Assembly (NCBI GenBank): GCA_964016885.1
Contig: OZ024750.1
Coordinates: 32,364,001 to 32,428,000 of the forward strand
Source of the DNA: Eledone cirrhosa
Taxonomy: Eukaryota
Reading direction: 5' to 3'
DNA: 64,000 bases
The translations under genes and the position numbers were made by a program. Below, in pieces: positions 25,101 to 40,575 of this stretch. The notes below the pieces were generated by a model. That model had not been told where the DNA came from, did not search any database, and saw only the letters and a list, made by a program, of their open reading frames with translations. How positions within the stretch are numbered: the first letter of the stretch is position 1; each line of letters begins with the position of its first letter.

Positions 25101-25812
25101 GATACATGACATACCCTGAGATGTATATATCTATAAATCTTATCTGTAACATATCATTTTATTTTATTTTATTTTATGTTTACCTTATGCATACTGACTC
25201 ACTAATATATACCTATATACATAATAGTTATATAAATATTTATAACAATAGGTACTATAAATGCTTTAGATACCTAATATGTCGAGATATTTGTTAAAGT
25301 TTAGATTTAGGTAATTAATCAACAGTAAAATATTTCATTCTTTACGTCCCAGCTAAATCCTTTATAATGTTATTCTCACAATTCAGAAGTTTAGAAATGA
25401 TAACACACTTATCGAATTTATATAAATAAAATAATATAAATAAATAGCAAATAATCCTGAAATCCAGAGTCTTCACATTAATATTATAAATTAAATATTT
25501 CCAAATTCTAACCGTTTAACTTTTGAAAAAAAAAACCCTACACTTTATCTTTCCTTCCTTATAAATATTTTTCCAGTGGCTATCACTGGCTGTTATAAAT
25601 CATGGGACGTCTCCCTTGATATAGTATCATACAATTTAAAATTTTAGAACACTTTAGGTATGCAGCGTTTTTTTCTTACTTACACATTCTCTAATGAATT
25701 CATTACGTTTTCGCACTCTCACACAAATATTATATACGCAAAATTTTCTATCGGGTAATCACTACCTTGATTAAATCTTAACCATTTAACATCTCAGGGT
25801 AGGTCATGTATC

Positions 25813-25875
25813 ATTATATTTTGTCTGATGAGGACGTACTGTTGTACATCCGAAATATGTATAATAAAATGTAAT
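25813..25875 (+). ncRNA. Type I hammerhead ribozyme
   Basis: attatattttgt CTGATGA ggacgtac tgtt gtacatcc GAAA tatgt ATA ataaaatgtaat; 12-bp stem I with G-U pairs. Confidence 0.8.
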
Positions 25876-26325
25876 TGATCAAAAGAACATCTATTTTATT
25901 AATACTTCTATATATATATATTTATATGTATATATATACAAAGAGAGAATGAGATGAATAGACCGTGTATTATTAATAGAAGTCGTAAATATATGTAACA
26001 TTAAAGAGATTTATATAAATCCAATTCGAAACTAAGTAACTCACCTGTTGACCTACAAGATTGTGTCGCCTTAGAGTAGTTACATACGTTAGATAGCTTG
26101 ACAAATTGAAAACGGCGACAGGCGAGCCCAGCCACGTATATAAGCCTGGGTGGATTCAGTTTGAAACTCGATACTTGGTGTAGTCGAATATGCCTATATC
26201 ATAAAGTGCCGGGACCCCGATGGGTGAGATCTGGTCTGGCCGTTTCAATAGCTAGTCTAGAGTCTATAACTAGCTGTTGAAGCGACAAGTGCTCAGCCGT
26301 CGGGAGCACCCGACATAAGTTATAT

Positions 26326-26359
<34 letters not shown>

Positions 26360-26639
26360 CTAAAAAAACGACAAAACTGAGCTAAAAGATGTCATACGCG
26401 TGCAGCGATGTATATTTTTATTTTGTTTACTTGTTTTATGTTAGTGTTTCATTCAATACATTTATATGAAGCAATAAGGAAATGAGAAATAAAAGAAATA
26501 AAATAAAATAAATAAAATAAAAGAAATACAATAAAAGAAATAAAATGAAAGAAAATTAAACGAGAAAAAGGAAGTAAGAGGGAGGGAGACTCTACACTCT
26601 AGTCAGAGTGGTCTATCTCAGCTACGTTCTGCAAACAAA

Positions 26640-26835
26640 ATGGTCAAAACATTGCCACAGAGAACGACCAGCAACAGCCACGCAGCCTCACTGGGCTCCT
26701 TCTTTAGGCCGACGGTAATTTTTAACAATATTGCGAAGGAAAATGGCAGTTGGAATACCCAGGACACCTGAAGTTTCGACAGCAACCGGCGTGAAAAGAA
26801 AGCGATCTGTCAAAGCCCAGTATTTGGTAATGCAT
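26640..26835 (-). mobile_element. Second, more decayed CRE-like endonuclease fragment
   Basis: minus strand TKYWALTDRFLFTPVAVETSGVLG...EPSEAAWL..VVLCGN, with a frameshift. Confidence 0.7.
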
Positions 26836-27282
26836 TGTGGGCAGCAGTGTCTGGGTTTTACCGCATATTTTAGGCAACTAAACTTTATAGTGCACAGTAA
26901 TTATATTTTTATGCTAGATGCAAAACGTGTTTGCACAGGCACACTTACACAGCTTTGAGTGAACAATGCTCTCGTAGAATAGTATATACTAAAATTGATT
27001 GACCAGTAAAAACGATCAATGCAAACCATTATCATTTTATGTTGAATAATTCTCTCTCATAAACATTGACTCTGATCTTGCCACTCGTATTACTATGCGT
27101 GTAGATATATGATCCCGTAATTCCTGAGGGAGGCGTCGCTGCGCCTTGTTGATATACAGGGTTTCTAGGAGCATTTTTAAAACCTGGCGGATCCTTTCTT
27201 CTCCCCAGGTCTGAATACGATATATCTCTTTCAGAAAAGGATAGAGAGTCAGAGAATGGAAATGAGAAAGATATAGAGAAGT

Positions 27283-27580
27283 AGAATCGACCCCAGTACT
27301 TGACTGTTACTATTTATCGACAGTGAAAGGATGAAAAGCAATGTTGACCTCAGTGAGCTGGCAGCCAAAACGAATAACACAAATCTTCTATCCAACTTTC
27401 TAACGACCCTACCAAATTGCCACTTATCATATTAACAGAGTCACTAGAACGCCGGATAAAATGCTTTATCGTATTGGTTCCGCTCTCTTCTCTTTGAGTT
27501 CAAATCCCCCCAAAGTCAACTTAGCCTTTCATCCTTTCCAGGTCGATAAAAGAAGTACCAGTCTAGTACTGTGGTCGATT
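27283..27580. mobile_element. Two divergent SINE A-related copies, back to back
   Basis: GGATGAAAAGCAATGTTGACCTC (minus) and GAGTTCAAATCC..CCTTTCATCC..GGTCGATAAA (plus). Confidence 0.65.
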
Positions 27581-28087
27581 CTTCCTATATCTGGAATAAA
27601 TCTGCTGTACTCAGGTCTGATGAGATATGGCCTCCGCCAGGTATATTTTTAAATGATTTTAAAATGTTGTTCAAGACGTCAGTGTAATGAAAAGGTCAAT
27701 TATTTTATTAAATACTTCCAAATGTTCAATGTTCAAACATTAATTGAAACACATAGACTGTGTATGTCATTCGAGATGTAGTAACGAAAGGTTTAACTCA
27801 CAGTCTAATATAGAGTTCGCTATTTCTCATTTCTGTTATTCCACCAGCATGTTTTACTTGCTGTAAGAGAGCGTTTGTTTGCTAGACCTGCTTGAAATAG
27901 CTGTCAAATGTTTCTGAACTACTGACATGGGCACATGAAATAATGTGGACCTTTGTGCAGTGTGACTGGGGAATAAAGGGGGATAGTTGTGGCTGGAATA
28001 TTTTTTTAAACAGATCTCTGTTTGGTGATAGCTTGCCTAGGGCTAAACTGCTACAGCAAAATACAAATAACAACAGCACGCATTAAA

Positions 28088-28447
28088 TAATTGTTTCTAC
28101 TATTGGCACAAAGCCAGCAATCATCCTAGTGTATTACTGGTGCTTTATTTTATCGACCCCGTAAGGATGAAAGGCAAAGTTAACCTCGGCGAGATTTGAA
28201 CTCAGATCATAAAGGGTCGTAACTCTATGCTGTCATTAACTCTATGCACTCATTAAATAATTGTTTCTACAATAGGCACAAGGCCAGCAATTATCCCAGT
28301 GTATTACTGGTACTTTATTTTATCGACCCCCCCGTTAGGATGAAAGGCAAAGTTAACCTCGACGGGATTTGAACTCAGAATGGCAAGGGCCGTAACTATG
28401 CTAGAAAGCATGGCGTCCGATCCTCTACCGATACTGCCAATTCACCG
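28088..28447 (-). mobile_element. Two tandem SINE A copies with a triplicated target sequence
   Basis: GCAC(T/G)CATTAAATAA at 28076, 28246 and 28452. Confidence 0.85.
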
Positions 28448-29344
28448 CGCTGCACTCATTAAATAATGTGGACCTATGTGTAGTGTGAGGGGGAGAAAAA
28501 GACGTGATGGTGGCGGCTGGAATACTTTTTTAACATTGTCCTGCTTGTTGATTGTTTGTCTAAGGTTAAACTGAAACGAATCAACAACAACAGCTCGGCA
28601 GTATTGATAACCCAATTAAGAATAAACATGAACATCACGAGTAATTTCCTATGACTCAATAGAACACTGTCTGGTTTCCGGAGGTTTTGTATTCATGCAG
28701 TGATGCAAATGAAGAAGACGAGACTTGATTCTCATTTATCTTACTGTGAACAGGATCGCAGAATGATTTGTTCATTAAGTGTTTCCAACACAATGAAATA
28801 ATCATTAATTATACAATTCTCATTATACTTCAAAATGTGAACTGTACATGCTATACTTTCTGTGTATAAATCCATGAAAATTAAATATCTTTGTCAATGA
28901 AGTGACGCTACCAGGCCAGCTAAAATTCATGATTTATACAAACGTTTGGTGACATTTAAGAAATTATACTTGCTGAATATATACCAGAACCAGGTCGTTG
29001 ACATTTTTCCATTATTATACATCAGTTGTACAGACACGAAAACGAATTACCTCACAGCGACTAAGTTTGAAGTGGCCTACCATTGAAGTAATCTTACGTA
29101 GAAATCAATAATATCCAATATCATACTTTACCTGTGCTAGAAATTCTGATCTCTTATTATAAAAAGAAAATGTCTCATAGAGCACAGATTTGTATGACTC
29201 TTACTAATGATCTTTTCTGAGAACTTCGTTCACTTGACATAATCTGATTTGAATAGTGTATATTTGGTAGAAAGCAGTTACCGGAAGAAGAAAAAAGAAA
29301 TAAAGGTGCTACATTTCAAAGTAATGTTGTTGCTGATATATACA

Positions 29345-29421
<77 letters not shown>

Positions 29422-29549
29422 GTGAGGTTTTTTTTACAAATTGAAAAAAAGCGAGGTGTCCTACACGAGTGAAAGTATAAAGAAAAAAAGATGAAATCGA
29501 AAATGCAACTGGAGTCGTATTTACAAAAAAATATATATATTTATTTGGT

Positions 29550-29589
29550 TTCTTTACCGGTTTCGCAGTTCTTCTGCTTTTCAAAAATA
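29550..29589 (-). ncRNA. Minimal hammerhead with U3-A8 core variant
   Basis: ttt TTGAAAA gcag aagaa ctgc GAAAC cg GTA aag; short stem I. Confidence 0.5.
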
Positions 29590-29624
29590 GAGTTGAGATG
29601 GAGGGTCTGTGGTTTTTCTCACAT

Positions 29625-30240
<616 letters not shown>

Positions 30241-31013
30241 AAGTGACTATGATAGGCACTAGTTGTTATCATCAACCATGATGCAAACCACTACAAACGT
30301 ACAAACGAGTCCTGCATGAATATTTTATCTCATCAACCGACAGATAATATTCACTGCATTATAAAATATGTCAGTAGACACAATTGTTATATTTCCTAGA
30401 AGTCCGCCATTGACACTAGAAACCTACCACTCTACATCTCTATTATATAATCTCTCTATTTCTCTCACATCGGTTCTGCCATGGTCTTTCTCGATTATAT
30501 AATCTCTCTATTTCTCTCACATCCTTTCTAATTTTCTCTTTTTCGATTATTTATATAATCTCTCTATTTCTCTCACATCAGTTCTCACTTTCTCTTACCC
30601 TATCATGTCCCCTCTCTATTTCCGTAACATCCTTTCTCACTCTCTAATACTCTATCATGTCACCACTCTATTTCTCTCACATCCGTTCTCTCTCTCCCTC
30701 GTGTTCTCTATTTCAATTAGTTGCATTTCTCTTTCATCTTTTCCTCTATCTTCCCTTTCTACTCTAACATTTAATATACTTTATTTCCATAAATAAAATG
30801 TTATTGTTCTAGAAAAAAAAACAAGACTTTAGCAATAAAAGACCCTGCCCTGCACTTGACTTCTTTCTTAATATTTACGTTTCTTATATTCATTTACAGG
30901 ATTTGCTCATTCAACTGCGGCCAATCTGGAATATAGTCGATCAGTATTTATTCCATTGATCTCCATGTGACGAACGGCTAGTGTTATATAAACTAATAGA
31001 AATTGTACACACC

Positions 31014-31085
<72 letters not shown>

Positions 31086-31096
31086 CACACACACAA

Positions 31097-31129
<33 letters not shown>

Positions 31130-31358
31130 ATCATATAAATAGGGAGACACAAAGCAGGCTTTGTTTAGAAAGGGCTGGCGAATTTGAAAATTAGGTAGTG
31201 ATAGGTGGTTACGCCGTATTTGACTAAATAGAATTAGTCTCTTAGTTGGGATTTTAAAAAGCCCTCTGAATGGAAAAAAGGATGAGTATTTACGTACATG
31301 GGACACGAACCCACATCTTTTGTTTGCTGGAAAAAAGTGTTATATATATATATATGTG

Positions 31359-31434
<76 letters not shown>

Positions 31435-31500
31435 CTTGAAATACTTGAACCGTTAAGGTTTTTTTTCTTGGTTATGTCAAAATTTATAAAACAAACTTCG

Positions 31501-31561
31501 TGTTTTATCTGATGAAAGCGTACTAAAGTTTTGGTATCCTTGAAATATATATAATAGAATA
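31501..31561 (+). ncRNA. Type I hammerhead ribozyme (family of 60481-60546)
   Basis: tgttttat CTGATGA aagcgtactaaa gt tttggtatcctt GAAA tatat ATA atagaata. Confidence 0.75.
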
Positions 31562-32152
31562 AATATGGTTTTATAAATATACTTTCCATGTATTTAATAT
31601 CATTATATATATATATAAAATTAGAATTCCACATTGAAAATTACAGAACTAACTGTTTATTCTGAAGTCCATACCACATCATGTCTTCGATCTATTGAGA
31701 GAGAGAGAGAGAGAGAGAGATTGAAAAAGATAGGGGAGAAGAAGAAGAAGGATTGTCTCTAGTTCTCGAGTACCACTTTATTTGCCAAACAGGAATAGAT
31801 GAAATACAGAGTTAACCTTGGAGGTGGCATTTGAACTTATGGCGTTGGGAACAGAAACGAATGCCATTTGCTATTATATTTAATGCTTTAATAAATCTGA
31901 CAATTCGCTTTATATATATATGTATGTGTATGTAATGTATGTATATATTATTTATATATACGTATGCATGTATGTATTATATTTACATATATATATGTAC
32001 GCATGTATTATGTATATATGTATTTATATAAACATACATGTATGTACGTATCTATGAATATATGTATGCATATATGTATGCATATATGTATGCATATATG
32101 TATCATGCGTGTATGTCTGTGTAATGCATATATGCATTCATGTATGTATGTA

Positions 32153-32216
<64 letters not shown>

Positions 32217-33192
32217 TATACACATATACATGGTGTATACATATACGTATGCATATAGACACGTTTGTTCTACACTGACATATACTAAATTATTTCTGCT
32301 ATTTCAGACACACACCAAATGTTTAAGCAACAATTGTTTACAAAGTACCAATTCTATTGATCTATAAGACTTATTTATAACGTTCACCTAAATCTAAATA
32401 CACCGTGAACTATAACTCTCCTAGCGTAACTAAAAATATTAGTACTATTTTTCTACTTCCGTTGCTCATTGACTTTTAACCGTGTGGTACATAACCTTTG
32501 TATTTTCTCTCAACTTCTTCTGTAACTGACTCTTATAATATATTTTGGGGTTTAACTCTATAAATATTACGAGATTTAACACAGGTTATGTATCTACTCT
32601 ACAACATAGAACTGTTGGAAAACTATCATCTTCAAGATTCCGGATATAACCTCTATAACCCCCTGGTTTATTTATACAAAAGTATTAATGGTTTGGTTTG
32701 TATTTTATATGAGAAAGAATGTGAGTAAAGATTTGAATCCATTGATATCTATGAAGGCAGGAACATTTTTCTATCTGAATATATAAACCAAGTTGTTCGC
32801 TCAGTTACCCAATAGCCTACTCATAATCGTGTAGTCATGTGACATTTAAATCCTTTCACTTAACGACATACTTCATTGATTCATTGTTCCATCTAATCGT
32901 AAAACAATCTTAACTATTTTCTTATACGTTTATTCCTTTCTTTTATGAGAACTGTTTGTATTATCGCTGAAATCACGAACAGCCAAGAAAGAATTCGTTA
33001 ATCTTATGTGAACATCAATTCGATGAGATTTGCTTAAACATTTTCAGTCATGCAAATGTTGACGTAAGAATAGTAACCGTCTTTAGGGTGTTCTTTATTT
33101 CTTATGATGTCAGTCCCACAAGATATATGTACACTTTTACAAAGATATAAAGAGGCACACATACGTGCACACAAACACGCACACTCTCTCTG

Positions 33193-33253
<61 letters not shown>

Positions 33254-33333
33254 AGTGTGCGTGTGTATTTATATTTATACATACATATATTTACATATAT
33301 GTAATCGTGAAACTAATAATACTTTTGAACAAT

Positions 33334-35724
<2,391 letters not shown>

Positions 35725-36017
35725 CTCAATCTGTGCAACATATGCCCGCGTAGGTGGATAGGGCAGTGAAAATGATGGTGGTTAGTTCATTTAGCATCTA
35801 TATGTTTACATACACCAAACCGACTTTGAAATATAAACTTGGGGGTTTGTTACATATTTAAATTTTTTTGTGTATGAGGCTCCTCCCAAACCTGAAGGCC
35901 CCCCCCCCCCCGATTTCTAAATCCGACCCTGAATGTGCAACTAAAAATGGAACACATGACATAACGATCATTATAAAAGGCTAAGCATTAAGTCCCCTGC
36001 CTTCACTGTAGAAAAGA

Positions 36018-36079
<62 letters not shown>

Positions 36080-37926
36080 TTTTCTTATTTTATAGTATCG
36101 TTATCATCGTTGTTGTTCAGTTGCCATATATATTTTGAACAAATATAGACATCATGATAGAATTGTAAGTATGACCACAATAATTTTTCTCGTCTTTCTT
36201 TTTCTTATTATGACTATCAAGAGAACAATTTGATTTCTTTTAAACATCAATAAGAGATTGATATCAGATAGACTACATAGCGGAAACCTATTTCACTGAT
36301 ATCATTGCTGATAGTGAAGGAGAAAACGAATAAAAGCTGAAACCATGACTGATGAAAATATTCTAGAATATATTATGGGTTAAAGTTTCTCTGAAGTTAG
36401 GAAAGGGAATTACAAATTTCTAAATTTGTCTCAATGAGCGCTAGAAAATGTTGAAATGGAAAACTGAGCTGACATATAATTGAGATAATGGAGAGGCGAA
36501 CAATGATTCGTTCTGATTTATCTGATTGGAATTGTGATAAGGAATTTACTAATTATAGAATGGTTGAACTATAATGTAATCCATTGAATGAGTGAGGACT
36601 GTTGAAATCGATAAGGAAATGATGTAGAGTGCTGGCGTTTAGTCTGGCGATGGGGTTAAAGTCTAAAAGTGAATGTGTTTGAAAGTGTATTAGTAAGTGG
36701 AGTGTACGTTCTGTGGAAGCGCGTAGACTAGTGGTAAGTGTGTTGGATTTACGATCATAATGTAATGGGTTAGATTTGTGGGTTGTGTTGCGCGTTGTAT
36801 TTTTGGGCAAAACACACGTTGCTCCAGTATATTCTGCTGAAAATAAGTACCCGCAATAGTTAGGTGTTTAACGATTCAATGGACTGGCCTCCTGTCAAAG
36901 GACGCGACGAAACCAGAATAAGCACCGGCCTATCGAGGCTTCTGGCTTGCGACAGACAGAGTGTGCGTTCTATTACACCCATACGTAGAAAAAGAGAACA
37001 AAAAAACCTCCGTATCGGAATTTTTTGTGTTGTGTATTTTAATATACTTAACGCTGTTCAGAGTTGGGATTATACGACTGAAAGATTATCAATAATAATT
37101 TTGCATCAATGATGGTGAGCAAAATAAAAAGTAAATATTACTCTTGGGAGTTCTCTTTTCTATAACAAACACCAAATGGCAGTTTTAGTAAATGATGGGA
37201 CAACTCTATCTTTCGTTCTACCCGAGTGAATCTAAAAGATATTAAATATACTTCAACAACTGTAGATATATAACAATTGTTACATAAAACATTATTACCA
37301 TTTCTTTATCGCTGATCATATGTCAATAAATGTATATAGTTTAATTTAGGAAAAAAATCTACAACCATTTTTTTTTTGTAACAATTCTATGCAGTATACA
37401 GGAAATAATTGTTTCTACTTTTTGGCACAAGGCCAGCAATTATCCCAGAGGAAATAATGTGTTCAATTCTCGTCAGGGGATTCAGTGTTAGTCCTTGGGC
37501 CCAACTTTATTAGAATGGCATTGTTTCGTCATAAGTGGAAGGTTTCGCCCATGACTCGCAACAGAGTAGATTTTGCTAAGGACACTCAAATACCAGGTGG
37601 CGGTGTTAGGTCTGCCACATATAAAGGAGATCGAGTCCACCATCACACATGCACACAGATTCAGTAAACCAAATTCCATTCGCAAAATTTAGTTACCCAC
37701 TCGCGTAGTTTTAAAACAAACTTCTTACCCAGATGGCCATACCTGTGCCCTACATCTTAATGTCTAGTCTAAATATATTAACAATGTTTAGGGTTATTTT
37801 TTATTTATAGAAAGTCAGGTCCGGATATCTTACTGTGTTAGATATTATTGAATGAAACGTAAAGCTGTATCTATGTTGGACCCAAATAACATGGAATATA
37901 TCGAGGTGTAAGTTGAATGTTGTGAG

Positions 37927-38910
37927 GGGGCGTAGTTTAATGATTAAAGAGTTGGATTAACAATCGTAAGGTTGTAAGTTCGATTCCCTGAACAGGCGAT
38001 GCTTTATGTGCTTGAGCAAAACATTTTATTTGACGTTGCTCTTTCTGTCAGGAGTCAAGGACCAATAGGTAGTATCAGTAATGGAAAGGCCAATGGAAAC
38101 ATTTTGACGAGTTTCAACCCACACCGTAAGCGAATGAAATCTGGGGTCTTGTCCATTCGGATCAATATACATATATGATTATACATGTATGATACATTTG
38201 TACCTTTATCTGTACGGCGTCACCAACTCAATGTACTGAGCAAAGATATAAGGAACTATATGGGCTATTATAGTGAATATTTTTTCCAACCCAATTTTTT
38301 GTAAATAAATTAACATTTAGTGAAGGCACGTAGCTTAGTGGATAGAGAAATGGATTCACAATCATGAGATTGTCAGTTCATTTCCAAGACTGCATTATTT
38401 CCTTGAGCAAAACAATTTATTTCACGTTGCTTCTTCTGCTGAGTGTTGTGACCGGTAGATAGTATCATTAATGGAAAGACCAGTGGCTTCCTTTTTGTAT
38501 CGAAAAGACCAATGGAAACGATTTGACGCGTTCCACTCTACGAATAAGTTCTGGGAGCTAGTCGATCGATTCGATGACGAATTTGTTTACAGATTAAAGG
38601 ATTGCACGACGGAGTGAATCACCAGATTCGAACGAATAAATAAATAACTCACTCTGATCTATTGACAAGGTCCTAGACCTCAGTCACTTGCCGAGTGGGG
38701 TCGACCTCATCAAATTGGACCAAGTAAACAATGTTTCCATTGGACTTTCCATTGCTGATACTATCTACCAGTCGCCACTCCTGGCCGAAGGAGCAACATG
38801 AAATAAATTGTCTTGTTCAAAGATTCAATACATCGTCCAGTCAGAGAATTGAACTCACAACCTCACGATTGCGAATTCAACTCTCTAATCACTAAGCCCT
38901 GCGCCTTCTA
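37927..38910. mobile_element. Cluster of three tRNA-derived SINE family B copies (+ 37927-38170, + 38322-38540, - 38700-38910)
   Basis: A/B boxes (TAGCTTAGTGG, GTTCGATTCC), CTTGAGCAAAACA and CCAATGGAAAC shared; another copy at 58295-58515. Confidence 0.75.
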
Positions 38911-39799
38911 AACAAATAAATTCGACTACATACACTGAATATCTTTTCTTCCAATTTGTATCTCCAAACGTATATTTAATAAATTAATTCTAAAATGTAT
39001 AAAATAAAATATCTTCTTTTGAAAATAGTTAAATTGCTATGATTCTGTTGCAAAGGAATATTGGAATCTGCTAGCAGTTCTAACCTAGTTGTCTTTTATG
39101 GATTGAGATATTTAGAAATCAGGTATTTAATTTCATAATTATGAAATATCAAAGAATTATTTTAATAAACCAACTTCTATGTATCTTTATAGTTTTCGTT
39201 TCATGTCCTGTGAGTTCTTAAAAATACTTTTCGAATATATTTGAAAAGCATTTGAATTTAAAAAAAAATATTTTGTGAATAATAAACTTAACATCAGTTT
39301 TATTTCTTGTATGTGGTGATTAAATTAAAGAAAACAGCATATATAAGTAGTGGTAGTGGTAGTGGCAGTTGTTGTTGGTAATAGTAGTAGTAGTCGTAGC
39401 AGCAATAGTAGTAGCAATTGATGCAGTTGTTATGATAGTAGCAGAAGCAGCAGTGTGGTTTTATCAACTATTGCTCTCATGCTGTATAATTAGTTTTTCC
39501 TTTTTATGATCGTTTTTTATGGATAACTTAATGCTAAAATAGTATTGAACAGTAGTAAACTATGGATATAATACATAAAATAAAACGTGTTAATATTCTA
39601 TACAAATAAAAGCAGTAAAACAAATGTAAATTAATAGTTTTCCTAACGATGTAAAATTTGAATATATCAAACACAATTTTCATATGCTGCAATTTTCTGT
39701 TTTAAGTTTCTGTTTTAATCTAACAGAAACGGATTACACTATAAAAGAAATCAGAGACTTGAATTAAATGTTCAGTATTATGTTATTTACTTTACTTTT

Positions 39800-40045
39800 G
39801 TCATTAAAAATGATCAATCTTCTCATGAATGCCTTCAAACCCCTAAAAAGTTGTTCCATCTTTCATAAATGTCTTAAAATCCCTACACAAATGTCTCATC
39901 TTTCATACGTGTCTTGTAACCCCTTCAAAAATGTTCATATTCTTATTATCTTAAATTCCTTACGAAAACTTCCATCTTCTGCTAAATGACTTAAAGCCCC
40001 TACAACAACTTCCATCTTCCCATAAACGTGTTAAAATCACTACCA
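39800..40045. repeat. Degenerate ~40-bp minisatellite
   Basis: recurrent CTTAAAATCCCTAC..TTCCATCTTTCATAAATGT. Confidence 0.65.
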
Positions 40046-40194
40046 AGTGAACGAAACAGAGTGTGACTGTCTTACATTCCAGAATTCCCATAAACACAGC
40101 GACATTCATGTCTACAGAAGAATTATAATGAAAGCTATCGCATGTTCTCCAACACCTAAATACCTACATTGAATCCTTATCATCATTATCACGA

Positions 40195-40575
40195 TCCCAT
40201 AGCCCCTTCTCTCGGGTCGTTGGGACACTGCAGTATCGAACGATGCACCCACTGCTTCAATCTCTTGCAGTCATGGATGAGTGCTTGTGTTGTGGCAAAG
40301 TACTTCCCCATCCAGTCAGCTATGTTGTCAGTCCACTGCCTCTTCTGTTGCCTATTCTTCTTCCGAACTGTTTCTTGGAGGATCGTTTAGAGTGTTCGTC
40401 CGATCTTGTCACATAAACAAACCACCTCAACTTCCTCATCTTCGTCTGTGGTCAGCAGATCTTCAAGGTGACTCACTCTGCAGACCTCCTCATTCGTGAC
40501 GTATCTTATATAGAAAACTCCCAAGATTCCTCTATAACATATCTACTCCACTGTTTAGATCTTCCTTTGCAGTTC
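40195..40575 (-). mobile_element. Degenerate RTE-clade LINE 3' end
   Basis: VTNEEV, RKLRWF.YVTR and TILQ.TV..QWTDNIADW motifs. Confidence 0.7.

Larger units (their letters stand above)
25006..25907. mobile_element. Penelope-like remnant with ~119-bp inverted arms, each with a hammerhead, between (TA)n tracts
   Basis: arms 25006-25124 and 25789-25907. Confidence 0.75.

Noticed and set aside
37607-37744. Small MITE-like ends (also ~27155-27650 and ~35920)
   Set aside because: Inverted termini too degenerate to support
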